Below are positions 1 to 13,661 of a stretch of DNA of 64,000 nucleotides, piece by piece. The DNA comes from Corallochytrium limacisporum Hawaii. Lineage: Eukaryota > Protista > Pluriformea. Positions within the stretch are counted from its first letter, which is position 1. The number at the start of each line of letters is the position of its first letter. The DNA lies in the NCBI GenBank assembly GCA_002811645.1, contig PDIP01000060.1:93679-157678 (forward strand), given 5' to 3'. The notes under the pieces were generated by a model. The model saw nothing but the letters and a program-made list of their open reading frames with translations. It was not told where the DNA came from and searched no databases. The position numbers were made by a program, and so were the translations under genes.

Positions 1-3000
1 GACGGGCGGCTGCACCACAGCTGGAAATACGACTTCAACGATAGGAGTGACAGGTGCACATTGTGGATACACACATGGCTTCTTGCCGGGTGCAGCGGCG
101 CTGCATTTCTCCGTGTGCTCCCCAATCCGCCGTCTGGCAATCCAGAATACATTGGAGTAGCAAAAGCCAAGAATCCAACATTGACGTCCGTTGGCCCATC
201 CATTAACACCACCTTGCAGGCAGTGGTGTGTGCGTTGCAAATACTGCAAACGAAGATTTCATCCGTCCCACCTTTCGTACTGGTTTGTGCATGAGTATGT
301 ACAGGCTACGTGTAGAACGCTTGCATTTAGGAGGTAAGTGAAATGTACAAACCTCGGGCACCACAAGAACACACTGCCGTCCGTTCGCTTTCCTCTCGCG
401 TATGCTATGTATTTATAGTCCTCACTCATATCTTTCGTCGTTCTCGCTTGGTCCGGCGAAGAACCCAACCAACTCCTGACGCCATTGGACTGCAAGGATA
501 CAGGCGGCAGATAGGTGTGGGGAAAAGCGCCCACATGAAGTGTAGGAGGAAGCCGATAGTTTTTGGCTTAAGTTTTCATCTTGAACCAAACACCACCACC
601 ACGTCTTTTCTTTTTGTTTTTCTCGAAGTTTCGTCTTTGTGATAGCAAATGAATAGCTTAGAATAGTATCAGAAGTGGAGTGGAGTTATTAAACGCCAAC
701 CATCGTGGATCTCTGATAGATAACATGGTAGTTGTTGAAAGATAATCGAAGAAAACAGCGTGCGTCGTCCATTTCAGTGCGGTTTGCGTTCGCTAAAATA
801 TGTGGGCGGAAGTAACACCGAACGGAACCTTGATACACCCTCTCGGAAAAAGCGTTCTCATGCAAAACATCTTACTGATAATCTGTGTGTTGTATTTGCC
901 CTTGCATGTTCAGAAAAAATTAGGAATTCGTTTGACGCTGAAGTTAGAACGGCAATCTTGAACTCAACTTTCCAAACTCCTCGAATTCATACGGTTGAAT
1001 GTTCCGTCAACGCACCACCTCACCTCCTTTCTTTCCCCCCCCCCGGGGGGGGGGGCCGAAGATGGCAGACTCTACCCGTACATACACTATACATTAGGTA
1101 TCCTTCCTGAAAAGGAAGGTTTTTGCCACGCTACAGAAAATCGTTGGTAGTTTTTGCTTTCTTGAATTCGCGAACCCCCTACGGGTCCCTAAGAAAACGG
1201 ATCGACTTGCAACCTGAGCTTTGGGAAGGGAAGGAGTGAGAAGGGGGGGGGGGATTAGCGTTTTGGTTCTGAGGGCTCGGACATGTACCGCCACCCGGTA
1301 GCAGGTTCAGTGCATACGTGTGTGGTCTGGGGAATGCTGGAGTAAAATCTGTTAGGGTGCGCACCCGGGCAATGGACGGGTGATGTCAAAAAACCATTTG
1401 GGGGTCAGAATTGTTGGATTTTTGCAATGAGTGGGCAAATTTATAAGGTTCTATTTTGCAGAACGGGTGCCGCCACGAAGCGGTCAGATTGACTGGGCTT
1501 TCGCGAGCGTCCCCATCGAGAAATGGACGCTGGGTTTTGTCCAAAGTGCGTCCCCTGTGCTACCATCCTGTATACTACAAAATTTGGATTATTTATAGGG
1601 GTTCCGGGGGCATGGAGGAAGCCAAAGGCGAGGCCATCAACTTCGTGGACGTCGACGGCATACGAGCTCACTGCAGATGATGTGCGTTGAAACCACCCGT
1701 TGCCGCTTCGTCGCCTCCTTACACTGCAAGGCCGGACAGGGTTGTAGACATGGACGCGCAACTATGTTGATTTTTAGTAATGGACCGCGCCTTCCTCCTA
1801 TGTTGTTTGCTACGTGTTGCTTATTACAGTGAATTCGTTAAGTTTATCGCCCAAAAGTTGAACCCCCTGGGGTCCAAAAGGAACACGTAGGACACTCTAT
1901 TCGGGTGCGATGGTGTCAATTTCAATGGAACTTCAGAAAGACCTAAGGACAAAAGGAGGTTGGAGGGTGGTACGTGCGGCTCGAGCGGTTGCAGAGATCC
2001 AGCAATCAAATTTATGAATGAATTTCATCCGCGGTAAGTTCGTTTTCATCAACTTCAAAACAACTTCTAAGGTTAAAAGCTGTCAGGTTGTACCTTTTTC
2101 AGCTCCGTCTTTTTGTTGAGTTTGCGGGTCTTTCGCTACTCCCGACTGCCATACCCACCCGCGGCGAGCCCGAGAGTGTTAGCAGACGGGTTGTCTAGTT
2201 GTCCGTGCCTGAGCAATTGCATACACATTCATCCGTAACCAACCCCACCCCTTAGGAACATCCATGCAAGACTTAAGGAAAGCCACTACCATCAAAGGCA
2301 CCAATCCTTTGAAAGCACAACACATGCTCCATCATAATCTCTGCGGCCAAGCGGGCATCTAGCACCTTTCTGCATCCATGCGGTCTTCGTACACCTCGGA
2401 TCTCGCGTTCTCTCTTCGGATCTTCATAGGCCCCATTTGGAAAGTAATCCCCTAAAGAAATAAGCAGAATCTATCTTGGTAAAAAAAGTATGGAAGACGT
2501 TGAATTTTTTTCTTCAAAATGTCCTCGTTCCGTTCCCTATGGGCGTAGGAAACCACCCACATACTATTTCCATTAGAAGCATGTTGGAAATGCTCCGCGC
2601 ATGCACCACCACAACTCTGCAGCTTTTGTGTTGTCTACGCCCTGCCTGCTTATGTTACGAAAGTGCACCTATTTGTAAATCGAGTACTTGTTCCAGTCAT
2701 GCTCTGTTGGACCGAACAGTCGCTCGTGAGCTGGAAAACAAAATTTGCCATTCGTTCAATTTCTGTTCATATGACGAAAAAAAGTGTGTTTGGCTCTAAG
2801 TTAAGTCGCCGACGAGGAGTGGATCACAGCGCACGCGTTTTCAGAAGGATCAGATGATTCGAAACGGAGAGGGCAGGCCTCTTGTCCATTTAGAAAAAAG
2901 GGGTTGGCAAAGCGTCAACACGAGCGAACTGAACACGTACACAAATAAATGTCAGTGAGTAACCCCCCATCAAGAGACAGCTTGAACAAAGAACGCAGAA

Positions 3001-6000
3001 GGAGTGCCGAGCATTTTACAGCAGACTGGAGTCTGCTGATCTGAAAAAGTACGCACCCTTGGACATGATCACCAGAGGCAGAAATAAAACTCCACTGTCA
3101 AACTATTGTCCAGAGAAACCGTGCCCCTTGGTGAGGAGGGGATCCAAGAAGAAGAATGCAAACACGTAGTGTGAGGTATCGCTCCAAACGCACCCGATAG
3201 TTTCGGGTCTCCGCAGAAGGGCCCGTCGGGTGATGTCCTCCCTTTTCTCTTGTTAAGCCCGCTTCTTCCGAGACAGGAGAGAGTAGTTTGGGCGCCAGCA
3301 GTTCCCCGTACTAGCCCACGCACTCCGTGATGAGTAGCCTTCAATTTAACTTTTCCATTTCTCTTGTCGATCTATCCCTCCACGCCGACTAGTCAACAAG
3401 GGCGGTCATGGGCGGTCAGCATGCATGCATGAGAAAGGAGATTCTGAAGGAGGTCGATGGTCGGGCTAAAGTCCTTTCGTTTGCCTTCAATTCGTCTCTG
3501 AGTGCACTCTTTCGTCTCGCCCACTAAGCAACCGCAAAATGAAAACAATAACAATCCAACATCATCCCGTGCTGATTGTCACCGAGAATCTCTTGAATTT
3601 GGAAACAGGTTTACCAAATGAGCCAGCAATGTTGTGTGTATGTGCTTACGTTAGACTATGTAATGAGCTCAGCTTCCAAGTCACCAAGCCGTTACTCTGC
3701 AATGGTCTTGCATGTATGGCTGCAAAGCTGCGGATCGTGGTCCCATAGAGTAAGTATCAGATACCAGGATCCAACTATGGTCAACTGTCGAGCTCTCCAT
3801 GACATCCTTCTTTGGGGGGACGCGGTCTGTTGCTACAACATCAACACAGGAAGAACCCACTCGTCTGAATCACATTTTGACACACAGCAACTAGTACAGA
3901 ACATTACGATGCCATCGCTGGCCTTTCGGAAGTAGAGACATCATTACCAAGGTTGAAAAGCCATATGCGGCCGGTGGCGCTTCACGATCGTATGCAAACA
4001 CAGCCAGCTCCTGCTGACCCACCCAAAAGCGTATCAACAGTACTCTCATTCTACGAATCACAGGGGGTCACAACATCCTAGTGCTGCAAAATGTATCGAT
4101 CATCACTGAGTAAGGCATCCGATCGCTCATCGCAGATGTGTTGCGTAGGCCATTCAGTTTTACTGGAGGATAACAAGGGGTATATATCATACACCCTGTG
4201 CTTGCCACTGTTTGTGCAGAATCGAACCAGCGAACCGCAAAACAATGATTCCCGATGAGACCTGTCCTCAACTGATCCTACTCTGGCTTCTCACGAGGTG
4301 CCTTACAGTGCACAAACGCAAGGGCCTCTGTTTTCTCTCTCTCTTTCTCTTTTGACTTTTTTCCTGTCTCGCTCTGTTTGCTGTATTTCTCTCCACACTG
4401 ATCCTGATACACCTTATTGTGTATTTGTCGTAACGAATTAAACTGCCAACTTGAGATAAAACAGAAAACGATAGACTAACCCGTCGGATGTTCCAGGGGA
4501 TGATGCAGAAACATGTACCCCATGTGGTTTGACACTATGAACGTGCGGGTCAAGTTGCGGCACTGTGGACGCTGAGTTCACCGACCAGTCCACAGTGCGG
4601 GTTCCATTTGAACTCCGTGCACTTGCTCGGACACACCTCATGTTTTGCAGAAAAAATGAATGAGGGGGGGCAGTGGGGGTGCCACCAGAGGACCCCTACC
4701 GGAACGAGGGGTACATGTGCTCAATCCTTCGGGTAGTGGCAGAACCTGTCCCGCAGTCAAGGAGTTACACATACTGAAGAAAAAAACCTAGGGAGTTGAA
4801 GAAAAAAGGAAACAAGTATTTGCACGAGCACGTTTTCGGGACAATTTGCCGCACAGTGCTTTTCACTGTGTTTTAAATAGAAACTCACCACAAAGTCTCG
4901 TACCGGAAGGAGGGAAGGAGAGGGAAGGGCACCGAACGAGAATTTTTTTTCTCTGCCGGAAGTCTATAAAAAATTCTCTACCGGACTGCTTTCTGTTTCT
5001 AAACCGCAGGCAAGCTGTTGCTAAAGTGTGTAGGAGCCGGAAGGAGGCACAGCTGGGGTCGAGTTCAAACGAGTGTGGACAAAAAAAGTCAGCAAGACGA
5101 AAACTTCCGAAACCGAGCGGAAGAAATCCCGGGCAACGCTATACAAAAACTGCACCAACAGAGATACCACCAACACCAACTCTCTGTCCAAAGAGCCCAT
5201 CATTGTGCCTGCATTCACCAAGAACTAAGCTGGCAAAGTGCAACAGAAGAGGAAACTAGATCAGCTGTCATCTACAAACACACGCAATTCTACCCGCACA
5301 TCAAGAACAGGAATGGTCTATAACAAAGAAATTGCTACACAACCGAAGCGCTGCTGCCAAGAATCTTCGTCACTCTTCCCTTCGAAGGGCTATATAGAGA
5401 GTTTGAACGGAATCGGCCTCATGTTTACTATTCGTTCTGTCATTGCCAATTTTCACACAGGACCGGATCCGAGCGGAACCGGGCCGCTTTCTCCGTCAAC
5501 AAAGCCGGGTTCCGAAACTCCGAGGTCCAGATAAGACGATAGAAGAAAAGAGAAGTAAATGAAATGAGAGAAGCACGTACAAATTACATGTAGTTTGTAC
5601 TTCGCTTTCCTCCAATCTGCTCCTTTTTTGTCGTCCCTAAGAGAGAGAGAGCGAGCAGCAGGAGTTCACACGCTGTGTGTTCGTGCGAGCCTTCTTTTGT
5701 ATACCTCTGAGCTTGAATGTTAAATACTTGTCCCTTTCAGAATCCCGCTACCCGTTCAATATGAAACGGCCCAACAATCTTCTACACAATTGATAAAGAG
5801 GAGAAGATAGCACGTAATATTGGACACACACAGACAAGAGGGCTGCGGAACTCTCGAATCTTAAATTGTCTCTGAATGGGGAATTTCTCCATTAAAAAAA
5901 TTCTCCCGCTTTTTCTACTTTCGTTTTTCGTAGCCTTATCATTCACCAGCATCTGAACTTCTGTAGGGAGAACGCAAATATGTGACTGCCCAGGGGAGCA

Positions 6001-9000
6001 ACGGACCTGCAAAAGGTCTTAGCAGCCGGACAGAGTGTTGATTTCCATAGTCCGTGTACCGACCATTCTTCCCAGCCTACGCATGTGTGCCCCCGCGCCC
6101 GGTCCCACAGTGCCAAAGCTTCTCTCACAGTGATTACCTCCCCTACGTCGTACCTTCCTCTCGTTGCCTCTCTCCTGATCTAATCCTTGCAGATCAGAAT
6201 TCGACTATTGCACATCAGTCATTATTATGACAGCCTTTTCAGTATAGAAATTCTGACAATGACGTCGCAACCGAGGAGTGCCCAAAGGTCGCCTATCTCC
6301 AATGTAAAACTTGCCCAATGGCCTGATCGAACAAGACGGGAAGGCACCTCGCTCCATTGGGAAGGTCGTTTGAGGACGAAAATGATGTGTTATATTTCTC
6401 CCAAATTGCAAATGTGAACTCATTGTATGTTCCGGCTAGAGGAAGACATACATTAAGTACAGAATCACCTACGTCTGTAATTCCAGACACATACTATGTG
6501 TTGGCATCATTCATAATATTTCTTTTCACCACCACCCCTACCACTCGTAGCATACAAGCGAACATGGCGTTAAAACCTAAGACATGCGCCTTCATCTCTT
6601 CTCAACCGTGAGCTCATAATTTGATCCCATACTTTCACACCTAGACATGGGGCTAGTCTGTGGTGGGCCCATAGACTCCCGGATTACGGCACAGTGTCAG
6701 CACCGCAAATAGACCGCTAAGTGTTTGTGTGGGTTTTCATCCTCTTAGAAATCCATTTGTTTTTGCCTCTTTTGTGCCTTCTGTCACTATGACACAGTAA
6801 CAGTTGGCCATGAGCTTCCAACCCGCAATGGACTCCCCTGAGTTAAGTGTAAAGAACCATTAGAGGGCCCCAGCTCGTCCACTGAACCGTTCTCCGTTCT
6901 CCGCTTTTACTTCCTGGTAAAGGGATGCAATTAATTGGTACACTAGGCGTTTCCAACTCCGTTGGTTTTGTATGTAACAGAAGAAATAAATATTCTTCAG
7001 TACGTAATTGCTTGCTTTTCTAGACAGCTGTTTGCTAGAAAGGGAGCATGTGCCACAAAAGCCAATTCCCCTCAAATCAGGAAAGCATAAGTACGGAAAA
7101 GCAAAGAGCAAGATATTTTTTTTGGCAGCCCCTGTGTCCACTGCCTTAAGGTCCAACCCAATACCTGCCGGGTGACAACGAAAAAAGAAAATTTTGAAAT
7201 GAAATATTGGGCCATCATCCATTTTGTCAGGTCCTGAACTTAATCCTTCGGTAAATACAGACACGCTACCAATTCACAGAGATTGGTACAAATTTTATAC
7301 CCTCCCAGAAACTAAAAGTACCAACCCTCATACCTACCCTCCTGATGATAGTTTGGGTAGTTTTGCTGCCCTCAAGGACAAATTATTGGCATTAAGGTCC
7401 CACTTGCTTGCTATACAATCCTTCTCGCAGCTTAGCAAACACCCTCCCTCACCTCTGTGGCTCTTCCAGATAAAGCGAAGAAATTTTGTGTTTTGATTAG
7501 TGAATTCTTACACGTTTGGTTTACTTTGTGAACACGCCTGCGTCCCTTGCGAGTATCCTCCGAAACCCATACCACTCCTCTTCGAAGGCAGGTGTTGGAC
7601 TAAGAGGACTGGGAACATTGGGGGAGATAAGGAGACAAGTGAAGCGTCAAACAGTCCACCGGTGGGCTGCAAGCGAATCAGTGATAAAGCTTAGATGCAG
7701 ACAACGGCCCCTGCTGGAGTGTCGAGGCCAAGGAAGACCTCACGAGACAAAAAACTTTCCAGTTTCACTCTCACTTCACACACTCTTTTTTTGTATAGCT
7801 TATGTATGTATTTACTCATGCCGTCCTGGGCTGTAATGGCGATATTCATGAGAGTGAACTTAAGATTTGAGGTAGAAAATTTATTTTCTTCACCTTTCGT
7901 TCAGCTGACCGTTACTCACAAGGTGGGGCTAAGCTCATATGGTTTTTTTTTGTTCTAGAGCAAAACATTCCCGTAATCTACGAGTCTGTGGGTGGTAGTA
8001 CGGGCGTCTGTGGGGCTGAAAGACGACGGAATGTATTCAAGCTCCGACCTCCGCGGTGGATTTCTCCCCCGCCCTACCTTTTCTCTCTCGAAGTCAAATA
8101 CACAGGAACCAGTTAAAGGGAATGAAGAAAACGTCCAGCCCTAAGAAGAATATACAAAACTGCCTGCAGTATTCTTCTAAGAAAGATCACCACGCGGAAA
8201 ACGGTCTCGACACTGGCGCAACCAAAGCGTCCAACTTCATTTTGCAGCCCTCACTTCCTTCGGCTTCTCTGACGAAAAAGTCGCACTCGTTACCTCACTT
8301 GCCGAAATTTCGATACATTTCAAACTCCAAGAACCCACTAACGTTTCCATTTCTTTCCGCCTCCGTTCCCGTCTCCGAAGATGTTTCACCTCCCCCTCCC
8401 TCCCCCGTACACAACAATGCAGGTCACTTTTGAACGACTTCCCAGCAGCGGACCCCAGCAGCGGACCTGGTGTCAGTGGCGGACAACCCACTGCTGCCAT
8501 CACGCATTTCACTGTGTCTCTCGGAGACTTTTTGCCCCCTCCCCCCCCCCTCCCCCGTCTCCGCACTTGTTTGGATGCGCTGTACTTCTCTCTCAAAAAT
8601 ATTCATCGCCTTCGAATACATTTTATACCAGAACCTAAAATTTTTTTCTTCTTATGGGTTTCGTCGCGCTTGTGCGCGGACCGACCCCCCACTTTTTTCT
8701 CCTGTGCTTCTCGGCGACGGAAGGGTCCCATCGTGCTTGCTGGCGTGCATTGAAGGGAAAGGGGTGTCAGAGGAGGGAAAGGGTGGGGTGCCAGTCAGAG
8801 AAGGGGGAAAAGGGGAAAAGCGGGGCCTCCTGGCCCTTACCACTCCTTCACCGGACGCAACGGAAGAGAGGAGGGGAAAGGGCACCGGGCACGGAGCGTG
8901 TAGGCGGTGGAGGGGGCTGAGATGGGGAGAGCATGGGCCCTATTGCGCGCATCTTGTCGACCTGAACCGATGATATCCATACATGCAGTATTGAAAAGCC

Positions 9001-9288
9001 AGCAACCAAAATTTAAGGGACCACCAAAACTCCGAAGTGACTGTTGAGCACATAGAGTTAAAAAAAATCTGCCCATTGCTTGCCCCTCGGTTTCCGGGCG
9101 CTGGGGGTGAGGCCATCTCTCATTTCTCTCTCCGCACTTTGTCCTTTCTCCGGTCTATTGAGTACCGGGCGCAAAGAGAGGGGGGGTTGAACCCTTTTGT
9201 TTTTGCCTGCTGGAAATAGACCAGGGCAGTCGTCTAGCGACCTATGGTTGTGCTCCTTGCTATTCGCTTGCAAGGGGACACAGTGACA

Positions 9289-9381
9289 GTAAGTTGTAAG
9301 GCCAGGCCGATATAGGATTACGTTGGGATGGTTGAACGAGAGATCTGCTATTTAAGATGATCTGCTGACGATTCCTATCAG
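9289..9381 (+). other. Candidate 5'-UTR spliceosomal intron of the 9445 gene
   Basis: GTAAGT donor at 9289, TGCTGAC branch-like site at 9363-9369 and CCTATCAG acceptor ending 9381. The signals match the style of the RPS15 intron. Confidence 0.35.
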
Positions 9382-9444
9382 ATATTTGGATGATCTAATC
9401 AAACCTTAGTACTATACAAAGCGAATTAACAGAACACATACACA

Positions 9445-9852
9445 ATGGTCCTTATTGGCTTCATTCTTCTTGGCGGTATCGTCATTATTGGCGCCGGCAT
9501 TAAGACCAGCACAACTCTGATTGTGCGGAACAACAACAAGCGGGCAGCCCGCAAGTTGCGTAAGGAAATGTACAAGAGCATCGGGAACACTTCGACTCTT
9601 AGTTACAAGCAGCTCAAGGAGCTGGACAAAAAGGCACTAAAGTACGGCGATGACCGCCTCGCAAAAGACCTCGAGGATGTCAACCTGATGCTTCCCAGTG
9701 TGCGTCGTATGCTGGAGGACTATGCTCGTACTCAGGCCACCCCAACTCCTCGTTACACCATGGTTATGCACGAGGGGGATCTTCCACCCCGCTACAGCGA
9801 GGTTAGCGAGTTCGACCTCGCCGATGTACAAACCGTCGCTATTGCCGCATGA
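9445..9852 (+). CDS. Small single-pass membrane protein with a C-terminal PPxY (PY) motif
   Basis: 135-aa ORF with cacaATG start context, the same as RPL29 and FGGY. N-terminal hydrophobic helix (VLIGFILLGGIVIIGAGI), a basic cytosolic stretch and an LPPRY motif. Codon usage looks coding-like. Confidence 0.7.
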   Translation: MVLIGFILLGGIVIIGAGIKTSTTLIVRNNNKRAARKLRKEMYKSIGNTSTLSYKQLKELDKKALKYGDDRLAKDLEDVNLMLPSVRRMLEDYARTQATPTPRYTMVMHEGDLPPRYSEVSEFDLADVQTVAIAA

Positions 9853-9963
9853 CTATCCGTCGGGGAGTATGAAAACGAGAAAGAAAAGACAGAAAACATC
9901 CATCATATCATAGACCAACATTCGATGCCGCTGGCGTCCCGTGCATGACCAAACAATACGTTT

Positions 9964-10053
9964 GCATCCATTGCATAGTTGCATCATCCATACCATACCA
10001 TTCCATTCCATCCATATTGACATACATATATACATAGAACACCATTCCATCAT
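9964..10053. repeat. CCAT(T/A)-type low-complexity repeat in the 3' flank of the 9445 gene
   Basis: catccataccataccattccattccatccat...caccattccatcat. Confidence 0.65.
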
Positions 10054-12623
10054 TAACATAACACATTAACCACTCTTGACCATGCTCATTATCTGTTCAC
10101 GTTTACCATGACTTACAGTATCTCCTCATGCTGATTGTAATGGTAGCTCTGGTGTGTCAACGTACACGCAGCGTACCAGATATTCTCTACAATTGATCTT
10201 AAATCACACCAGAATCAATTACGTCCCTGCACACATGGCGCTACTCGCCTTATCGAGACCTCCATCATTACCCCATTATACAGTTTCGGGGCTTACACGG
10301 AGCCAGCTGTAGATGCCGCCCAAACATCCGAGTTGTGGCATGTGCAGACCATGTTCGAAGGTTACGATACAACTCCCAAGTTCAACCTCCCCCGTCTGAG
10401 GCCGCCTCTCCCCGGAGTATCACGAGCTCCCGCCACTCCCTCACTGCTCAGCCGTGTTGGGATCCGCAGCCTCTCAATTTTCTTCACCCTGCGGTAACAA
10501 AACCTATAGCACTTTCCCATACAGTATATATTCAGTATTGAAATGGTGTGGTGCTCTCCGTAGGGAGGTATAGATTCCGGGGGCAGTAGCCCGCCTCCCA
10601 TTCGCGCTGCCTCGTAACACCGGGACGGGCGGAGCCTAGCGTACACACCCCAACACCTCTGCAGGACGAGAATAACTCCAAAAATTTGACACCAACTTTT
10701 TCATGAGGGGGTGACACGACTTACACTGCGTAGAGCCTCAGAGTGCCCACACATCTTGAAGCAATCATCGCGCCCTGTTGTAGCCATCTTTCATCGCCAC
10801 AACCTACTTAGGGGCCTATTTTTGTTGCTTTGCAGTTTTCACCCGGTTCTGACCCTTACACATTTTTAACTCTTGGAAGAAATTGGTGGGTGGGTTTTCT
10901 AGAAACCGCCGGCCCGTGTGTTGTCAGTACAAGTGGGCAGGTGGGGCTGGTACACGATAGCCGGGCGCCGCCGTTGCAATCTGTGATGCGTCTATGAGTC
11001 CACAGAGTGACCGTAGGAGAGATTGTGCATGCTGGCTAGCTGAGCTGCGTATGCTGCACTAAGTAAAGAGTCCTAGAACATCCCTCGCAGCGAAAGGTAA
11101 CGTGGGTGTCTGGCAGTTCTGACGCTCAATATTCCTATGGGAGCCGACCATTGACATTTCCTGTCCCTTCACCCTGAGGGAGTGTGTACACACGTACCTC
11201 TGCATCTCCGCCTCACCAAACCTTGCCAACTATGAAAGCCCCTTGGTGGAGTTCCAGAGCTCCAACCCCCATGGAATAGAACGGAAACTGAATGAACAGG
11301 AAGGTCGTGGGTGATGTCGGGATCCCATCGCTGGAGGAGCGTGGTAGTAAGGCATGTGAATTGTTTCAGAGATCGGTAGCGCACGCTTGAACGCACCGGC
11401 ATCGTGTACAAGAGGCATGCAATTTATGAACATGTTGATTCTTACACAGACACCTTCAACGAACCATAAACATCCAGTCACAACGCTATCAGCAGCTACC
11501 ATCCACTGATGTGCATCATCGAAGACGAAGAGGAGACACGATAAAGCGACCCATTCACTGCATCGAGCGAAACACTTCAACAAGTCACTAAGTTTCAAAA
11601 AAGGCAGTACATCTAAACTGCAAGCTAGCGATGCAAGCCCAGCCGCACCCGTTCCTTAGAGTATCTTCCTCTCCTCTACCGAGGCCAGTCAGGGGTCTAC
11701 GTTTGATTGGTAGGCCTCCCTTCCTCGGGCCAAGGAACCTGTTCCCTACCGGTCAGGACGGCACGGATCTGCGAAAGGAAAGGACCAGCAAAGGCAAAGT
11801 GAATTTACTATGAAGTCGTGTATAGCAAGAATTACATTAATGGCTCTACAAGAAAATGCATGGAGCTCCTCCCTCAGTCTCGACACAGCATATAGGAGTC
11901 CATTTTTCACGTCCTGCCTTCCGTGCGGGGGAGTGGGACTCGATTGGCAAAATGAACGGTGGGAGTCTATTTAACGTCCTTCCCTCACTAAAGCACACCC
12001 GCCTCCTCGGGGGGACGGGATGGGCCAGTCTCAAAACACACACAAATGGAACACCAAAAGAAATTCACACATAAAAATTTTGTGAAAGAATCTTTGGCAA
12101 AGATGGCGCTCGCAAAATGGCCGAGTTTCGGGTGGGCGAAATTCGACCAACTAAAGTAAACCATAAGTATACCTCATAGTTATGTAGATCAGTATAATTA
12201 GTATTAAATTGTGTTATATATACTGCATTCAGATTCCTTATATAAGGACAATGCGTTCCTGGCTTTCAGTACTTTAAGTACTGCTGTGGAACCTGGGGGT
12301 GAACCGCAACTTCAAAGGCAAATGGCCAGGGCCTTTCGAAACAATGCATGTTCTTCACTCCGGGCAAGTAAACGGTTCCTTTGGGAGCTGGGCAGTGCAC
12401 TTTCAGCCGTCCTGCATTTTTGTGTTAACACTGACCGTCCCCCAATACTACACGCTTTGCAAGGAAACCATACCACTCAAAGGTAGATGCACAGATGCAA
12501 CACTATAGTATCAATATGTGTACTCCATAGGAAAGCTATAAGAAAGTACAAGATCGTTGAAGAGTGCTATGGAGCTGAACTTGGTAAGTTTCAGTTTGCG
12601 ATCGGAATACTTCACAATTCACA

Positions 12624-12797
12624 ATGGCTAAATCAAAGAACCACACTTCCCATAACCAGGGATTCAAGAACCACCGCAACGGTATCAAGAAGCCCAAGAA
12701 GCAGCGCTTCATGTCCATGAAGGGCGTGGACCCCAAGTTCTTGAAGAACATGCGTTTCGCTAAGAAGCACAACCCCAAGAAGGCTGTCAAGGCCTAA
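12624..12797 (+). CDS. RPL29: 60S ribosomal protein L29 (eL29)
   Basis: Translated by hand (57 aa, absent from the ORF track): [57 protein letters not shown], a canonical eL29. Confidence 0.97.
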   Translation: MAKSKNHTSHNQGFKNHRNGIKKPKKQRFMSMKGVDPKFLKNMRFAKKHNPKKAVKA

Positions 12798-13661
12798 GTT
12801 GTTCGCAACCCTATTATGATTTTCAAATCAATAACCAGAAATTCTCAACGGAACCTACCTAAGATGACAATAGTGTGCAACATTGTGCAGAACTGGGGAA
12901 CTTCCTCGGGATCGAATAGCTTCTAACATATCCAAAACTTTTTACATTTGATTGGGCGGACTGTACACATTCGATACATAGCAATCGCAGGGTGACTGAA
13001 CATCACAATGACATGAAGAAGACTTTCAAATGTGGAAATTACGAGTCCACTGTCCATGCTTCGCGTCTACTTTGGTATGTCCACGTCAGTCTTTGATCCG
13101 GTCCCGTATCTCTTGCATATCATATAGTAAATCCAACATAAGTGTCTTATTTTCCTTAACTTTACAATATTTTGCAATGTTTCTCTGACGGCAATGTTAG
13201 GTTTTGTAAGGGTTTTAGCTTCTCCGAAGTTGAAGTCACGGCTGTCTGGCATGACTAAAGGGCACAATGGCTTCGCGCTAAAGATATCAACTGGTAGCAA
13301 TCCCTACCGCTCAAAGCCCCCACCCTTTCTCTTATTGGCCCCGGCGAAACCGGGAGCGGGAGAGACCGAACGTGGAAACTCTTTATTTTTGAATTATTAG
13401 TACCGCAATGATAGCTGAATCGAGAGCAATTTAAATATTTAAGATTTACTAGAGCTGTTCCTACGTCGATAAAGTATGCATCAAAGCAACTAGCGCAAAA
13501 ATCAAGTTCTGCGATATCGTAAACCCCCTTTACAAGCACCGTGATCGGTGAATGCACAATGGTGCCGCGGTGAGATTAATTTAACAACAATGAAGGGTTG
13601 GATCCCCTTCTAGAATCTCTGTTGGAATCTTGAGTGTTGTGACATATTAAGAAGTACCGAA

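Noticed and set aside
3-305. About 100-codon stop-free minus-strand frame running off the window start
   Set aside because: No convincing start or recognisable motif, and it cannot be evaluated without the adjacent sequence.
4210-4290. tRNA-like GGTTCGATTC on the minus strand
   Set aside because: The T-stem does not pair and no acceptor, D or anticodon arms can be built.
6633-6644. T-box half-site TTTCACACCTAG
   Set aside because: A single half-site with no linked gene, expected by chance in 64 kb.
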